Program-made: the position numbers and the translations under genes | Shown: positions 28,555 to 38,995 of the stretch, piece after piece | Layout of the letters: each line of letters opens with the position of its first letter | Numbering within the stretch: the stretch's first letter is position 1 | Notes under the pieces: model-generated | What the model was told of the DNA's origin: nothing | Seen by the model: the letters and a program-made list of their open reading frames with translations, nothing else | Database searches by the model: none | From: an uncultured Oligoflexus sp. | Lineage (GTDB): Bacteria; Bdellovibrionota_B; Oligoflexia; Oligoflexales; Oligoflexaceae | NCBI GenBank assembly: GCA_964236955.1 | Contig: CAXSGP010000016.1 | Location: forward strand, 1 to 58,316 | Reading direction: 5' to 3' | Length of the DNA: 58,316 nucleotides

Positions 28555-28848
28555 ATGCTTGTCGAACCACAACCCATCGAACTCTTTGTATCCCAACGCT
28601 TCAGCGATAAAACCCTCCTGGCGTTCGTCGAGGATTGGCGCATTGAAAGCGAAGTCCTCGAAAAGATAATTGTCGCTTACTTTAAAGAGATGGGCATTTA
28701 TTCGGTACCCCCGAGTTTGGAAGCCGAAATTCGTAAAACTATCCCACAATTGCTTAATAACTCTCCGGAAATCTTTGCCCGTGTCCGCAAATCGCAGGCC
28801 GCTGAAGCCCTACGACGTCAGTCCCGGCGGCAAGACGGAGGCAAGTGA
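28555..28848 (+). CDS. Hypothetical protein
   Basis: GAGGA SD; protein-like composition; GCCGATAA element at 28513. Confidence 0.7.
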   Translation: MLVEPQPIELFVSQRFSDKTLLAFVEDWRIESEVLEKIIVAYFKEMGIYSVPPSLEAEIRKTIPQLLNNSPEIFARVRKSQAAEALRRQSRRQDGGK

Positions 28849-28849
28849 T

Positions 28850-29074
28850 TCAGGGAGTGCTGGTGTTCAAACTCAGAGCATGAATAGGACCTGCCATCCA
28901 CTCACCCAAAGCTTTATAAACCAATTGATGCTGTTCGACCCTAGTAAGACCGTCAAATTCACTGGCTGTGACATGCAGCTGCCAGTGATCACCGCCTCCC
29001 GTCAAATCGTGAGCTCGAATTTGAGCACTCGGGATAGCCGTCTGTATTCGCTCGATGATATCTTCTGCTTTCAT
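28850..29074 (-). CDS. bolA: BolA family protein
   Basis: DHWQL.V...F.G..RV.QHQLVY, IHAL. Confidence 0.93.
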   Translation of the reverse strand: MKAEDIIERIQTAIPSAQIRAHDLTGGGDHWQLHVTASEFDGLTRVEQHQLVYKALGEWMAGPIHALSLNTSTP

Positions 29075-29138
29075 TGAGGGCCTCTGTCCTGAATTGCACG
29101 CAATCAAGTGGCCACACTTAACACAGCTGGAGCAGCTT

Positions 29139-29729
29139 ATGTCAATAATTTACCTTGCAAGCCAGAATAAACATAAAGTCCATGAGATTCAGTCCATCCT
29201 CGGAAAGACTTGGAATCTGAGGCCTTGCGATGAATTGGCCCCTGATATCAGCTGGGATGAGACGGGTCACAGCTTTCGGGAAAACGCATTGATTAAAGCT
29301 AAAGCCGTCCTTGCCCGCGGTGCCCACACAGTCATTTCCGACGACTCAGGTCTTGAAGTCCGCGCCCTAAAAGGCGCTCCGGGTATATACTCAGCTCGTT
29401 ACGCCGGACCCAATGCCACCGACGAAGACAACAACCTGCGCCTCCTTAAAGATATCAATCACCTGCCGGAGGACCAACTGGAAGCGCGTTTTGTCTGTGT
29501 GATTTGTTTCCTGCAGGAAGGTGCGGATCCGCTCTATTTTGAAGGCAATTGCGAAGGCCATCTGGTGAAGAAGACGGTTGGCCTGAAGGGTTTTGGTTAT
29601 GACCCTTTATTTATTCCCAGCGCCCATCATGAAACGTTTGCCGAACTTGGTGACGACGTGAAAAATCAAATTTCCCACAGGGCGCGCGCCCTCATCAAAT
29701 TCAAATCCTTTCTTAGCTCGGAGTTTTAA
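29139..29729 (+). CDS. rdgB: Non-canonical purine NTP pyrophosphatase (RdgB/HAM1)
   Basis: NKHK, DDSGL.V.AL.GAPGIYSAR, GFGYDP, SHR. Confidence 0.95.
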   Translation: MSIIYLASQNKHKVHEIQSILGKTWNLRPCDELAPDISWDETGHSFRENALIKAKAVLARGAHTVISDDSGLEVRALKGAPGIYSARYAGPNATDEDNNLRLLKDINHLPEDQLEARFVCVICFLQEGADPLYFEGNCEGHLVKKTVGLKGFGYDPLFIPSAHHETFAELGDDVKNQISHRARALIKFKSFLSSEF

Positions 29730-30697
29730 TCCGGCGTGGCCAGAGCCTTTTCCACTGAAGCCTTATACTTAAGATAAGGCTTGGACGTCCGCAGATAGCC
29801 GAAGTCTTTCTGCACGAGCGATTCTTTCAGCTCTTTGCGATAGCGGGATTTTTCAACGAGAAAGCCCTGCAAAATAAGGACCGACTCCGCAATTTTTCCC
29901 GTCATCGACAGACAGCGGGCATAGAGGAAGGAACCATTGCGTACCGCCTTTTCATTGTCGGTCCAATAGGTCTTGGACTCAAAAATTTTCTGTAGACCCT
30001 CAAGCAGGGGCATGGCCAGTGGGCATTTATCCAGCTCGCGATAGATCACCGCCAGCTGATACTGGGCGTTCACGTCAAGTTCAGCGCGGTTTCGAATCAA
30101 TTCGAACGCTGCGGCCGCCCCTTTCCAATCACGGACCGAAAGCGCCTTGTTGGCTTTTGCATAAAGAGCCTGGGCTTCGGGTGAACGCTTGGCGGCGTTG
30201 GCCTGTCCTGAGGCTCTGGTATCGCTGATCTTGACCTGATTCAAGACGTAGCTCGTATCAAAGAGACAAGGGGCCGCGCCACCGCCGTCGCAGCAGACCT
30301 GATTAACCTGCACTTCTATCATTTTCCCGCTCATCACCTCACAGGTGCTTCCCCCCGCCCGGACAAAGCCGACGATGTCCTCACCGACCAGGGCGCCCTT
30401 GTCTTCGCTCATCCCCTGACGAATAGCCTGCGACTGCAAAACTTTACCGCTGACCAGCAGCCCGCGGTAACTATCGGCGAACTGCTTACGATTCGCTGGA
30501 GGTAAATCTCTGATGAAGTTATACTTGATGTCTCTTGAAGCAAAGGTTTGTTCAGGACTTGTCACGACACACTGTTTGACAGCAATGGCGACGGGACCCT
30601 TGATAAGGGTCATACAGACTGCCCAAGCATTCTCAGCTGAAAGCAGGCTGAGGCCAATTGCGAAAAAATGAGCTAATGCCAGTGACTTTAACTTCAC
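29726..30697 (-). CDS. Secreted protein, Cys-containing N-domain + TPR-like C-terminus
   Basis: Signal peptide ending AWA; helical TPR-like repeats (AQYQLAVIY, FLYARCLS). Confidence 0.7.
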   Translation of the reverse strand: MKLKSLALAHFFAIGLSLLSAENAWAVCMTLIKGPVAIAVKQCVVTSPEQTFASRDIKYNFIRDLPPANRKQFADSYRGLLVSGKVLQSQAIRQGMSEDKGALVGEDIVGFVRAGGSTCEVMSGKMIEVQVNQVCCDGGGAAPCLFDTSYVLNQVKISDTRASGQANAAKRSPEAQALYAKANKALSVRDWKGAAAAFELIRNRAELDVNAQYQLAVIYRELDKCPLAMPLLEGLQKIFESKTYWTDNEKAVRNGSFLYARCLSMTGKIAESVLILQGFLVEKSRYRKELKESLVQKDFGYLRTSKPYLKYKASVEKALATPD

Positions 30698-30787
30698 GTT
30701 TTCATCTCCACGCTGGGGAACGATAGTTTTTGCATCTTTAGATTATAGTCGAGCTCCCAACTAATGCCAATCTTGTAATATGTACCA

Positions 30788-31651
30788 TTGGCTGCGCAAA
30801 TGAAATGCTCTGGGACAACTCTACCGAGCAAACGGAGACAGAACTTGCCTTTAATCTATGCCTCTCATACCCTTGGTTCTTTTGTTCAAAGAACGGTCCT
30901 CGGGATCGGTGATTACACGGTATTCATTGCCCGCAGCGTAAAAAAATCTTTTATTCCCTTGGTCAAACCCGGTCTGCTCTTCACGCAGCTTGAGTTCGTT
31001 GGCAACAAAAGCCTCGTCATCTGCCTGCTTGCCGGCGTGATGATAGGCGGCATTTTTGGCTTTCAGCTTGGTGAAATCTTTGTCGTGTTCGGTACCGAAT
31101 CGATGCTGGGCGCTTCGACAGGCTTTGCCCTCGCACGCGAACTGGCGCCGGTTGTGGGAGCCTTTTTGGTAACGGCCCGAGCCGGTTCGGCGATGGCTGC
31201 GGAAATTGCGTCGATGAAGGTCAACGAGCAAATCGATGCGATGCGGGTCATGGCGGTCGATCCTTACAATTATTTGGTTGCTCCACGCCTTATCGCCTCA
31301 GTAGTGATGATGCCTCTGCTCTCAAGTCTGATGGTCGTCTCCGGTGTGATTGCGGCCTACGTTGTCGGGGTCTTCTTTTACAATGTCGACGTCGCCGACT
31401 TTTTTTCCAAGATCGAATGGATCATCGACACGGACGACCTGATGATGGGCGTGCAGAAGGCGATGCTCTTTGGCTTCATCTTCGCAAGTATTGGATGCTA
31501 CGAGGGTTTTAATGCCCAGGGGGGAGCCAAGGGAGTCGGCCGCGCGACCACGCGCGCCGTTGTGAATACTTATGTTGCCATATTGATATTGGACTTTTTC
31601 ATCACTTATATTCAGTTCAAATTCCAAGCCGATTCCTTCAAAATCAAATGA
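30788..31651 (+). CDS. mlaE: MlaE-family ABC permease
   Basis: RELAPV, AGSAMAAEIASMKVNEQIDAM, GVGRATT; true start uncertain. Confidence 0.93.
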   Translation: MAAQMKCSGTTLPSKRRQNLPLIYASHTLGSFVQRTVLGIGDYTVFIARSVKKSFIPLVKPGLLFTQLEFVGNKSLVICLLAGVMIGGIFGFQLGEIFVVFGTESMLGASTGFALARELAPVVGAFLVTARAGSAMAAEIASMKVNEQIDAMRVMAVDPYNYLVAPRLIASVVMMPLLSSLMVVSGVIAAYVVGVFFYNVDVADFFSKIEWIIDTDDLMMGVQKAMLFGFIFASIGCYEGFNAQGGAKGVGRATTRAVVNTYVAILILDFFITYIQFKFQADSFKIK

Positions 31652-31763
31652 GCTCGTAAGGTCAAAGCCCATTCATCAGCAAGGCCGCCACCGCCGCTGT
31701 TGAGGGTGCACCGTGGTCTGTGATATGGTTTGCCGCTCAAGGCTCAAGCAACGGAGACCAGAC

Positions 31764-34190
31764 ATGGATCAGGCTCAAGTGGATTACGATCATAAACTCA
31801 TCGAAAAAAAGTGGCAGGATTTTTGGCTTAGCGAAAAGACCTTTAAGACTCCTGATACTAACAATAAACCCAAATACTACGTCCTGGATATGTTCCCCTA
31901 TCCGTCCGGAGCCGGCCTGCACGTCGGTCACCCCGAAGGCTATACGGCCACCGATATCGTAGCGCGCTTCAAGCGCATGAAAGGCTTTAACGTCCTCCAT
32001 CCGATGGGCTGGGATGCCTTTGGATTACCTGCCGAGCAGCATGCGGTAAAGACCGGCACCCATCCTCGGGATACGACCCGATCCAATATAGATAACTTTC
32101 GACGACAGATTCAATCGATCGGTCTGTCTTATGACTGGGATCGTGAAATCAATACGACCGATACCAATTATTATAAATGGACCCAGTGGATTTTTTTAAA
32201 ACTCTATGAAAAAGGTTTGGCCTACCAGGCTGAACAGTCGGTGAACTGGTGCGAGGAACTCGGCACGGTTTTGGCCAACGAGGAAGTGATCGACGGCAAA
32301 TCGGAAGTCGGGGATTTCCCCGTTATCAAAAAGCCCATGCGCCAGTGGATTCTTCGTATCACGGCCTATGCCGATCGGCTGCTGGAGGATCTCGAAGGTC
32401 TGGATTGGCCGGAATCGATCAAAGAAATGCAGCGCAACTGGATAGGCAAGAGCATAGGCGCCGAGGTTCATTTTGCGGTCAAAGGCCATGCGCCCAAGGT
32501 CACCGTCTTTACCACCCGGCCCGACACTCTCTTTGGCGCCACCTTTTTGGTACTTGCACCCGAGCATCCGCTCGTCGCCATGATCACGACCAGCGCTCAA
32601 AGCGCTCAGGTGAAAAAATATCAGGAGGATGCTCTCTATAAAGCCGACCGGGAGCGCATCGCCAGCACCGAGAAGACCGGTGTTTTCACAGGTGCCTATG
32701 CAATCAATCCGACCAACGGAAAAGAAGTTCCGATCTGGATCGCCGATTACGTCCTGATTTCCTATGGACACGGAGCGATCATGGCGGTTCCCGGCCACGA
32801 CGAACGCGATCACGAATTTGCCACTCTCTTTAAGCTGCCCATCGTGCGTGTGCTGGACGGCGGCGCAGAAGCCGACATTCAAAAGGCAGCTCATACCGGC
32901 GACGGCATCCTCGTCAACTCCGACTTTCTCAACGGTCTCAAAAAAGATGCGGCCATCCAAAAAATCGCGACTTGGCTTGAAGAACAGGATCTCGGCAAAA
33001 AGACCATCACCTATAAACTCCGGGATTGGCTCTTCTCCCGTCAACGCTACTGGGGCGAACCGATTCCGATTGCCACCGACAAACACGGCAATGAAGTGAC
33101 AATCAAAGAATCTGAGCTGCCTTTGCTCTTGCCTGACCTCGAAGACTTCCGGCCGGAAAAAGATGGGCGCTCACCGCTTGCTAAAGCTGGTGAATGGCTC
33201 AACTACAAACGAGAGGGCAAGGATTATACGCGGGAGACCAATACGATGCCGCAGTGGGCGGGTTCGTGCTGGTATTATCTGCGCTTTATCGATCCTTTGA
33301 ACAATCATGAAGCCTGGGCCAAGGACAAGGAAAAGTACTGGATGCCGGTCGACCTTTATGTTGGCGGGGTTGAGCATGCCGTCCTGCATCTGCTCTATGC
33401 TCGATTCTGGCACAAGGTTCTCTTTGATTGCGGGTTGGTATCAACCCAGGAACCCTTCAAAAAACTTGTCAATCAAGGCATGATTCTTGGCGAAAACGGC
33501 GAGAAAATGTCGAAGTCCCGCGGCAATGTCGTCAATCCTGATGACGTGATCGAGCAGTGGGGAGCCGATTCGCTTCGCCTCTATGAAATGTTCATGGGGC
33601 CGCTGGAAGCGGTTAAACCCTGGAAATCGGACGGCATTATCGGTACTCACCGCTTCATCGCCCGCCTCTGGCGTCTGCTCCTCACCCCCGAAGGCAAGGC
33701 CGCCCATACCGGCGAGCAGGTTTCCGAAGGCTTTGAAAAGCTCTTGCATAAAACGATCAAAAAGGTGACGGAAGACACCGAGTCCATGCGCTTTAACACT
33801 GCGATCTCGACGATGATGGAACTAACGAATGCCGCCTATAAGGAAGCCGCATTGGGCCGGGCGGCAGCGGAAGCGATCATCCTGCTCGTCAGTCCCTATG
33901 CGCCCCATGCCGCCGAAGAACTCTGGTCTCGTTATGGCCACAGGGAAAGTCTTGCCTACGTGCCGTGGCCAACCTTTGATCCAGGCAAAACGATCGATGA
34001 CATGATAACGGTCTCGGTCCAGATCAACGGCAAGCTGCGTGGGACTTTGGATATTCCAAAGGACATGGACAAAAACGCAGTGATTGCCGCTGCAAAGGCC
34101 TTGGATTCGATTATAAGGCACCTTGATGGTAAAGCGCCTGAGAAGGAAATCTATGTGCCGGGCCGGATCGTAAACTTCGTCGTGAAATAA
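31764..34190 (+). CDS. leuS: Leucine--tRNA ligase
   Basis: MFPYPSG.GLHVGH, FTTRPDT, SRQRYWG, KMSKS. Confidence 0.98.
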   Translation: MDQAQVDYDHKLIEKKWQDFWLSEKTFKTPDTNNKPKYYVLDMFPYPSGAGLHVGHPEGYTATDIVARFKRMKGFNVLHPMGWDAFGLPAEQHAVKTGTHPRDTTRSNIDNFRRQIQSIGLSYDWDREINTTDTNYYKWTQWIFLKLYEKGLAYQAEQSVNWCEELGTVLANEEVIDGKSEVGDFPVIKKPMRQWILRITAYADRLLEDLEGLDWPESIKEMQRNWIGKSIGAEVHFAVKGHAPKVTVFTTRPDTLFGATFLVLAPEHPLVAMITTSAQSAQVKKYQEDALYKADRERIASTEKTGVFTGAYAINPTNGKEVPIWIADYVLISYGHGAIMAVPGHDERDHEFATLFKLPIVRVLDGGAEADIQKAAHTGDGILVNSDFLNGLKKDAAIQKIATWLEEQDLGKKTITYKLRDWLFSRQRYWGEPIPIATDKHGNEVTIKESELPLLLPDLEDFRPEKDGRSPLAKAGEWLNYKREGKDYTRETNTMPQWAGSCWYYLRFIDPLNNHEAWAKDKEKYWMPVDLYVGGVEHAVLHLLYARFWHKVLFDCGLVSTQEPFKKLVNQGMILGENGEKMSKSRGNVVNPDDVIEQWGADSLRLYEMFMGPLEAVKPWKSDGIIGTHRFIARLWRLLLTPEGKAAHTGEQVSEGFEKLLHKTIKKVTEDTESMRFNTAISTMMELTNAAYKEAALGRAAAEAIILLVSPYAPHAAEELWSRYGHRESLAYVPWPTFDPGKTIDDMITVSVQINGKLRGTLDIPKDMDKNAVIAAAKALDSIIRHLDGKAPEKEIYVPGRIVNFVVK

Positions 34191-34270
34191 TTGTGCTGGA
34201 GAGGAGACCCGCTCCTCTCCTCTCTCGCCCGCCTTACTGCTATAATGATGGAAACACATTAGAGCCATTC

Positions 34271-36295
34271 ATGCAGCGCAAACGAATTCTATTAGCCTTA
34301 TGCTCTTTTATATTCCTAAGCACTTCTAGTTTCATACTATTTGTGACTCCCTTGCTGCAAAGCAAAGCGCGGGCCAAGCTTTCAGGATTTTTAAAGGAGG
34401 CCGATATCGACGTAACATTCCAGGAGGTAAAACTTGTCTGGAACGGCATTCGTGTTCTAAAACTCGAAGTTTCGCGGGGCGACGACCGCTTGCAGTCAGA
34501 CGTCATCGTCACCTTTGGCCTCAGCACAGTCAGTCCTTTCTTCAAACCCAGGCTTGTCACATTCGATAGACCAAAGATCCTGATGTATAGAAACCAGGAC
34601 CAGGGGAGTGCCAAGAGCCCGAAAAAAACCGATACCGCCGCCAATGTTCATGGCCAACGCCAATCCTTGAACGATCTGCTTGATCGCTATTTTACGGCTG
34701 GCGTTTCGGTGGCGTTCAATAAAGCGAGCGTAAAAGTCTTCGATAGCAAAAACCTGCCCTTGCTCATCATTCCCCAGCTCAATCTGAAACTCAACGCCCG
34801 CGATCGGACGGCACAGATCTCGACCAGCGCCGTGAGTTTCCGACAGACGCCTTTGTTATCGCAGATGAGTGGCCAGATTCTCATGCAGAAACAACGGGAA
34901 TTTTACCCCTTTCTCCTGCAGGCCAGCGATCCCGATGGCGAGCCCTGGCAGCTGAAGGGACAGGTCCAACATGATTTTGAATCGATAGATATTCGCCATA
35001 AACGGGTAGGCCTGCCTTTGGCCTGGTTACCAAAGCTTCGAGTTATTGGCAATCCGAACGACGTGCAGGTCTTGGTGCGTTTAAAACTTGATGGCTTAAT
35101 GAGTCAGGGCGAAGTGAATTATGACGTTAAAGTCGCATCGAACAACCTCTTTTTGCAGCATGAAAAGCTGGGCAAAGCGGCGTTTGGGCCGTGGCCCTTC
35201 AGTATTCATTCCCGCGGCGTCTTCAATCCGGAGACAGCGACATTGAATGTCACGCAAGGTGCCCTCTATCTTATCGGCAGCAACGATGCCAAGCCTCTGC
35301 TTCTTAATTTTTCGGGTTCGAAGCAAAACCTTCAGGCCTCGATGCAGGAGGATCCGCTGACTATCAATTTTAGTATGGAACATAGCAGCTGCCAGACTGC
35401 GTTTCATGCCATCCCGCAATCCCTCCTGCCGACCCTTAAGGGCCTCGAACTGGATGGAACCTTTGCCATCGACGGCACTCTGCACCTGGTCAGCAGTGAA
35501 AACATCGTGAGCTTTACGCCAAATCTCAATCATATCGCCTGTCATATCACACGTTCCCCGGAGTATCTGACCCGTGACTGGCTGTTTCGCGGGACGGCGC
35601 CGCTGCCCGACTTCCTAGCAAATAACCCTTCGATGCGGGCCATTAAAAACGGCCACCCGACGCCGCGGCATTTGATTCCCGATGATTTTTTTAAGGGCCT
35701 GGTGGCGGCAGAAGACGCCAAATTCTGGCATCACGATGGGATACTCATCCCGAGTCTGGTGGCAGCGCTACAGGCCAACATGAAGGCCGGGCACATCGTC
35801 TTTGGTGGCTCGACGATCACGATGCAGCTAGCTAAAAATCTCTATCTGGATAGGGACAAAGTCATCAGCCGAAAGATTCAGGAGATTGCGATCGCCTGGG
35901 TCCTTGAACAAAACCTAAGCAAGGCAGAAATTCTTGAGCTCTACGCCAACGCCGTGGAATTTGCACCGGGGACTTACGGGATTGGCAGAGCCGCGGCTCT
36001 CTATTTCAATAAAGCTGTGCATGATATGTCGAGCGCCGAATCCCTGTTCCTCGCCAGCATTCTGCCAAGCCCGAGCAAAAACTTCACGGAAAGCTATTGC
36101 AGCGCCCGCCTGAGTCGCGACCTATCCGAGCGCATGCAGAAGGTGGCCAACGGTTTGAACACTTTGAGTCAGGAGCAGGATTTCTTGAAAATCTTTGCCA
36201 CCGATTTTAATAACTTTCATTTCTCATCGGTGCTGCAAGGCTGCGATTCGAGGGAAACTATAGGCTTGAATAAAAAACCTGTCCGGCGCTTCTAG
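34271..36295 (+). CDS. Peptidoglycan glycosyltransferase (GT51) with large N-terminal beta-rich domain, no transpeptidase
   Basis: N-terminal TM; AEDAKFWHHDG, GGSTITMQLAKNL, RKIQE, KAEILELYAN. Confidence 0.88.
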   Translation: MQRKRILLALCSFIFLSTSSFILFVTPLLQSKARAKLSGFLKEADIDVTFQEVKLVWNGIRVLKLEVSRGDDRLQSDVIVTFGLSTVSPFFKPRLVTFDRPKILMYRNQDQGSAKSPKKTDTAANVHGQRQSLNDLLDRYFTAGVSVAFNKASVKVFDSKNLPLLIIPQLNLKLNARDRTAQISTSAVSFRQTPLLSQMSGQILMQKQREFYPFLLQASDPDGEPWQLKGQVQHDFESIDIRHKRVGLPLAWLPKLRVIGNPNDVQVLVRLKLDGLMSQGEVNYDVKVASNNLFLQHEKLGKAAFGPWPFSIHSRGVFNPETATLNVTQGALYLIGSNDAKPLLLNFSGSKQNLQASMQEDPLTINFSMEHSSCQTAFHAIPQSLLPTLKGLELDGTFAIDGTLHLVSSENIVSFTPNLNHIACHITRSPEYLTRDWLFRGTAPLPDFLANNPSMRAIKNGHPTPRHLIPDDFFKGLVAAEDAKFWHHDGILIPSLVAALQANMKAGHIVFGGSTITMQLAKNLYLDRDKVISRKIQEIAIAWVLEQNLSKAEILELYANAVEFAPGTYGIGRAAALYFNKAVHDMSSAESLFLASILPSPSKNFTESYCSARLSRDLSERMQKVANGLNTLSQEQDFLKIFATDFNNFHFSSVLQGCDSRETIGLNKKPVRRF

Positions 36296-36576
36296 CGTTC
36301 CTCATGCTCAGGCTTTCGGCTCCGAGGGTTTGATTCGGATTGCGAAGGACCGCGAACAGGCGGAGCTGGATCATCCCAGGGCCGAAAATCCCGCATCACC
36401 CCAACACAGTAGCCGAGCGCGCGCAGAACCTGATTGAGTGAATCGAGCTGCACGCTGGGCTTATTTTTTTCCAACTGATAAACAAAATTGAGGCCGACTC
36501 CCGATCGCGTGGCAAGCTGCTGCTGGGTCAGGCCTTGGCGTTTGCGCTCGCTCCTAACAAAATCTCCGACTTCCAT
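36292..36576 (-). CDS. XRE HTH regulator, HipB/y4mF-like
   Basis: RKRQGLTQQQLA..SGVGLNFV..LE.NKPSVQLD; GAGGT SD. Confidence 0.88.
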   Translation of the reverse strand: MEVGDFVRSERKRQGLTQQQLATRSGVGLNFVYQLEKNKPSVQLDSLNQVLRALGYCVGVMRDFRPWDDPAPPVRGPSQSESNPRSRKPEHEER

Positions 36577-37166
36577 GGCGACCTCTTAGTTTTTGAGAAG
36601 AGAACCGATCCGTCCCTCTTCCTCGCTAAGAAGTATTCTCGCAGATTTTCCAGGTTTCGGGCAGAGGAGGAGGAATAAGTAGATCAGTCATGTCTCAGGC
36701 CCTGCGATTTTATAAAATTCCTCTTGGTCATTGATGAGAGGCGATGCTCACGTTCGACAGCATCAAAACCTGCTGCAAGCAATGGCCGCCGATCTGCGCC
36801 GATGGCAGCTTTCCCAGGAATTTTTCGTGCCTTTTTCAGTCCGTGGCGCCCGACATACCAGAGGAATTCGGCCAGGAGTATCGAAGCTTACCTTTTTTCC
36901 CAACGGGGGGTCGGGGCATGACCGCTCATCACGACGCCAGCCACTAGCTGGGTGCTTACTTGTATGGAATGGGCCGATAGGGCTGCGTTAAAAGACATTC
37001 CTGCGGCCATGCAAGATGGAATGACAGCGCATGCCCGACTTGTTCAATTTTTAGAAAGCAGGCAGGCTTGTTGCTGCGCAAGAGTTTGGGGACCGCCATT
37101 GGGCCTGCTCAAATAGTGGACGACTCTATCGAATGCTTGAGCACGGCGGGCGCTAAGGTCTTATAT

Positions 37167-37201
37167 CCAATATTATTCACAGTACCTGTGGATAATATTG
37201 G
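37167..37201. repeat. 35-bp near-perfect inverted repeat containing two inverted DnaA-box-like 9-mers
   Basis: CCAATATTATTCACAG-tac-CTGTGGATAATATTGG (15/16 match); TTATTCACA at 37173, TGTGGATAA at 37187. Confidence 0.85.
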
Positions 37202-37524
37202 AGGTTTACAATGAACCCATAAACCGATACTAATAAAAGTTTATTTTTGTCGGAAATCCTTGCCAAAAATATTGCTAAGTCCCCAATTACTATGATAATT
37301 GTATCGACTTTTAGCGGAATCGAAAAAGAATAGCAAGATACGGAACGCAATAATTACGCTAAGTTCAGAAATGCTCAACTCATCTTTAAAACTACGACAG
37401 TCACTTCATAGATTTTCCCCTCTAATCTATTCATATCATTAGCAATGTCGAAACGGCATGGACATTGCTTCTAGAGCTCTGTCTTCCTCATTTTTGTAAG
37501 AATCTTTGCTGCTGCGGAGTTGTC

Positions 37525-38148
37525 ATGCTGAATCGTTTGTCCCTTTCACTCTTTGTTTCGCTCCTCCTCACTCTTTCGACGTCGGCCTTCTCGCAGTCCC
37601 ATGCGATGATCGATAGCACAAGGTCGTCCCTATACAAGAATATGTTCATTACGACTTCAGTTGAAGGCGAATACGGGAGTATGGAAAGAACAGCGAAAGT
37701 AGGCGGCGCAACCGATACCGAGTCGTGGAAAGGCTACGGCATTCGCAATGGACTGGGACTTGAACTCTTTAAATTCACTCAATTCAGCCTCTCGCATACC
37801 CTGGTGAATATGCGCTCTCAGAATTCCGGCCTGGAAAATCTCAATGGTTCGCGAATTGCGGCAGAATTAGCCTTATCCTTCAGCGCCCCGATCACCAATA
37901 TTCAATTTGGCCTCGGCGTCCTGGGATCGCAGCTGCAGTATCAAGCCCTAGCCAAATCCTCGACCTTTGTCGGGACCGGTCATTTCTATACAATGGGCAT
38001 GAATTACTTTGTAAGCCCATCGGTATCCCTCCAGGCCATCGGCAAGCGGATCGTGACGACGAATAAGGTAAGCGGCGGTTCTTCTGACTTCAGCCAACTT
38101 GAATCAAGAACCGATAACCTTAGCCTTGGCGTTGCGATCTGGCTCTAA
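37525..38148 (+). CDS. Outer-membrane beta-barrel protein
   Basis: Signal peptide ending AFS; alternating amphipathic strands; C-terminal LSLGVAIWL. Confidence 0.75.
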   Translation: MLNRLSLSLFVSLLLTLSTSAFSQSHAMIDSTRSSLYKNMFITTSVEGEYGSMERTAKVGGATDTESWKGYGIRNGLGLELFKFTQFSLSHTLVNMRSQNSGLENLNGSRIAAELALSFSAPITNIQFGLGVLGSQLQYQALAKSSTFVGTGHFYTMGMNYFVSPSVSLQAIGKRIVTTNKVSGGSSDFSQLESRTDNLSLGVAIWL

Positions 38149-38161
38149 GCTTTGTTCAAAG

Positions 38162-38983
38162 CTAAGAGGATTTAGAACCTGGCGGCTCTTGGATCGCGCG
38201 AAAGAGCCGCTGATAATTCGTCCACACCTGCTCTTTGGCCTGCTCGACGGTCCATCCTCTCAGTTCCGCCAACAGATCGATTGTCCCCAGAACATTCTTC
38301 GGTTCATTCCGTTGCCCTTTTTCCGGTGGAAGATAGGGACAGTCGGTTTCAGTCAAAACCATCTCTTTCGGCAGATCTTTTAAGAGTTTTTGGAAGGCAC
38401 CGTCACGTCTGGCGTTAGCCGGGATCGAGAAATACCAGCCATGCTTGCCCGCAGCTTCGATCGCTAGTTTTGATTTGCCGCCATAGCAATGAAAATCCAC
38501 CTTTGTCACCTGATGGGCGGCCAGGATCTCCATGGAGCGCGCTTCCAATTTTCGTGTATGAATAATCAGGGGAAGGTCGTTCCGCACTGCGATATCGATC
38601 AGAGCCTCAAAGACGCGCTCCTGAGCCGCAAAAGTCTCCGGCCCCACCCAATGCCCATCCAGCCCGCACTCGCCAATAGCGATGAGCCTGCCGGCGCTAG
38701 CTTGGCTCTCGATAAAGGCTATTTCCTGGTCAACGTCAAAGGTCTTAACGGGAAAAGGGATCTGCGCCGTTAGATCGTTGATAGCTTCGAGGGGATAGAT
38801 GCCAAGGGCCGGCTTGATCAGGGGATAATCCTGTGCCAGCTTAAGGATGCGGCGATTGGATTCGGGTTCAAGACCATTGACGATGATCGAGGCAAGTCCC
38901 GCATCCGCAGCCCGTTGAATCACGGCATCCAAATCCTCAGCAAAATCTTTATGAGTCAAATGGCTATGAACATCGACATACAC
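38162..38983 (-). CDS. tatD: TatD-family DNase
   Basis: DVHSH, IGECGLD, IIHTR, FHCY, ETDCPY. Confidence 0.93.
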   Translation of the reverse strand: MYVDVHSHLTHKDFAEDLDAVIQRAADAGLASIIVNGLEPESNRRILKLAQDYPLIKPALGIYPLEAINDLTAQIPFPVKTFDVDQEIAFIESQASAGRLIAIGECGLDGHWVGPETFAAQERVFEALIDIAVRNDLPLIIHTRKLEARSMEILAAHQVTKVDFHCYGGKSKLAIEAAGKHGWYFSIPANARRDGAFQKLLKDLPKEMVLTETDCPYLPPEKGQRNEPKNVLGTIDLLAELRGWTVEQAKEQVWTNYQRLFRAIQEPPGSKSS

Positions 38984-38995
38984 AGGCTGGCCCTC

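Noticed and set aside
36724..36991. Three overlapping short + strand ORFs
   Set aside because: No frame stands out; no motifs or well-spaced SD
36600..37520. Replication origin
   Set aside because: Only two DnaA-like boxes seen and no dnaA/dnaN/gidA/parAB nearby
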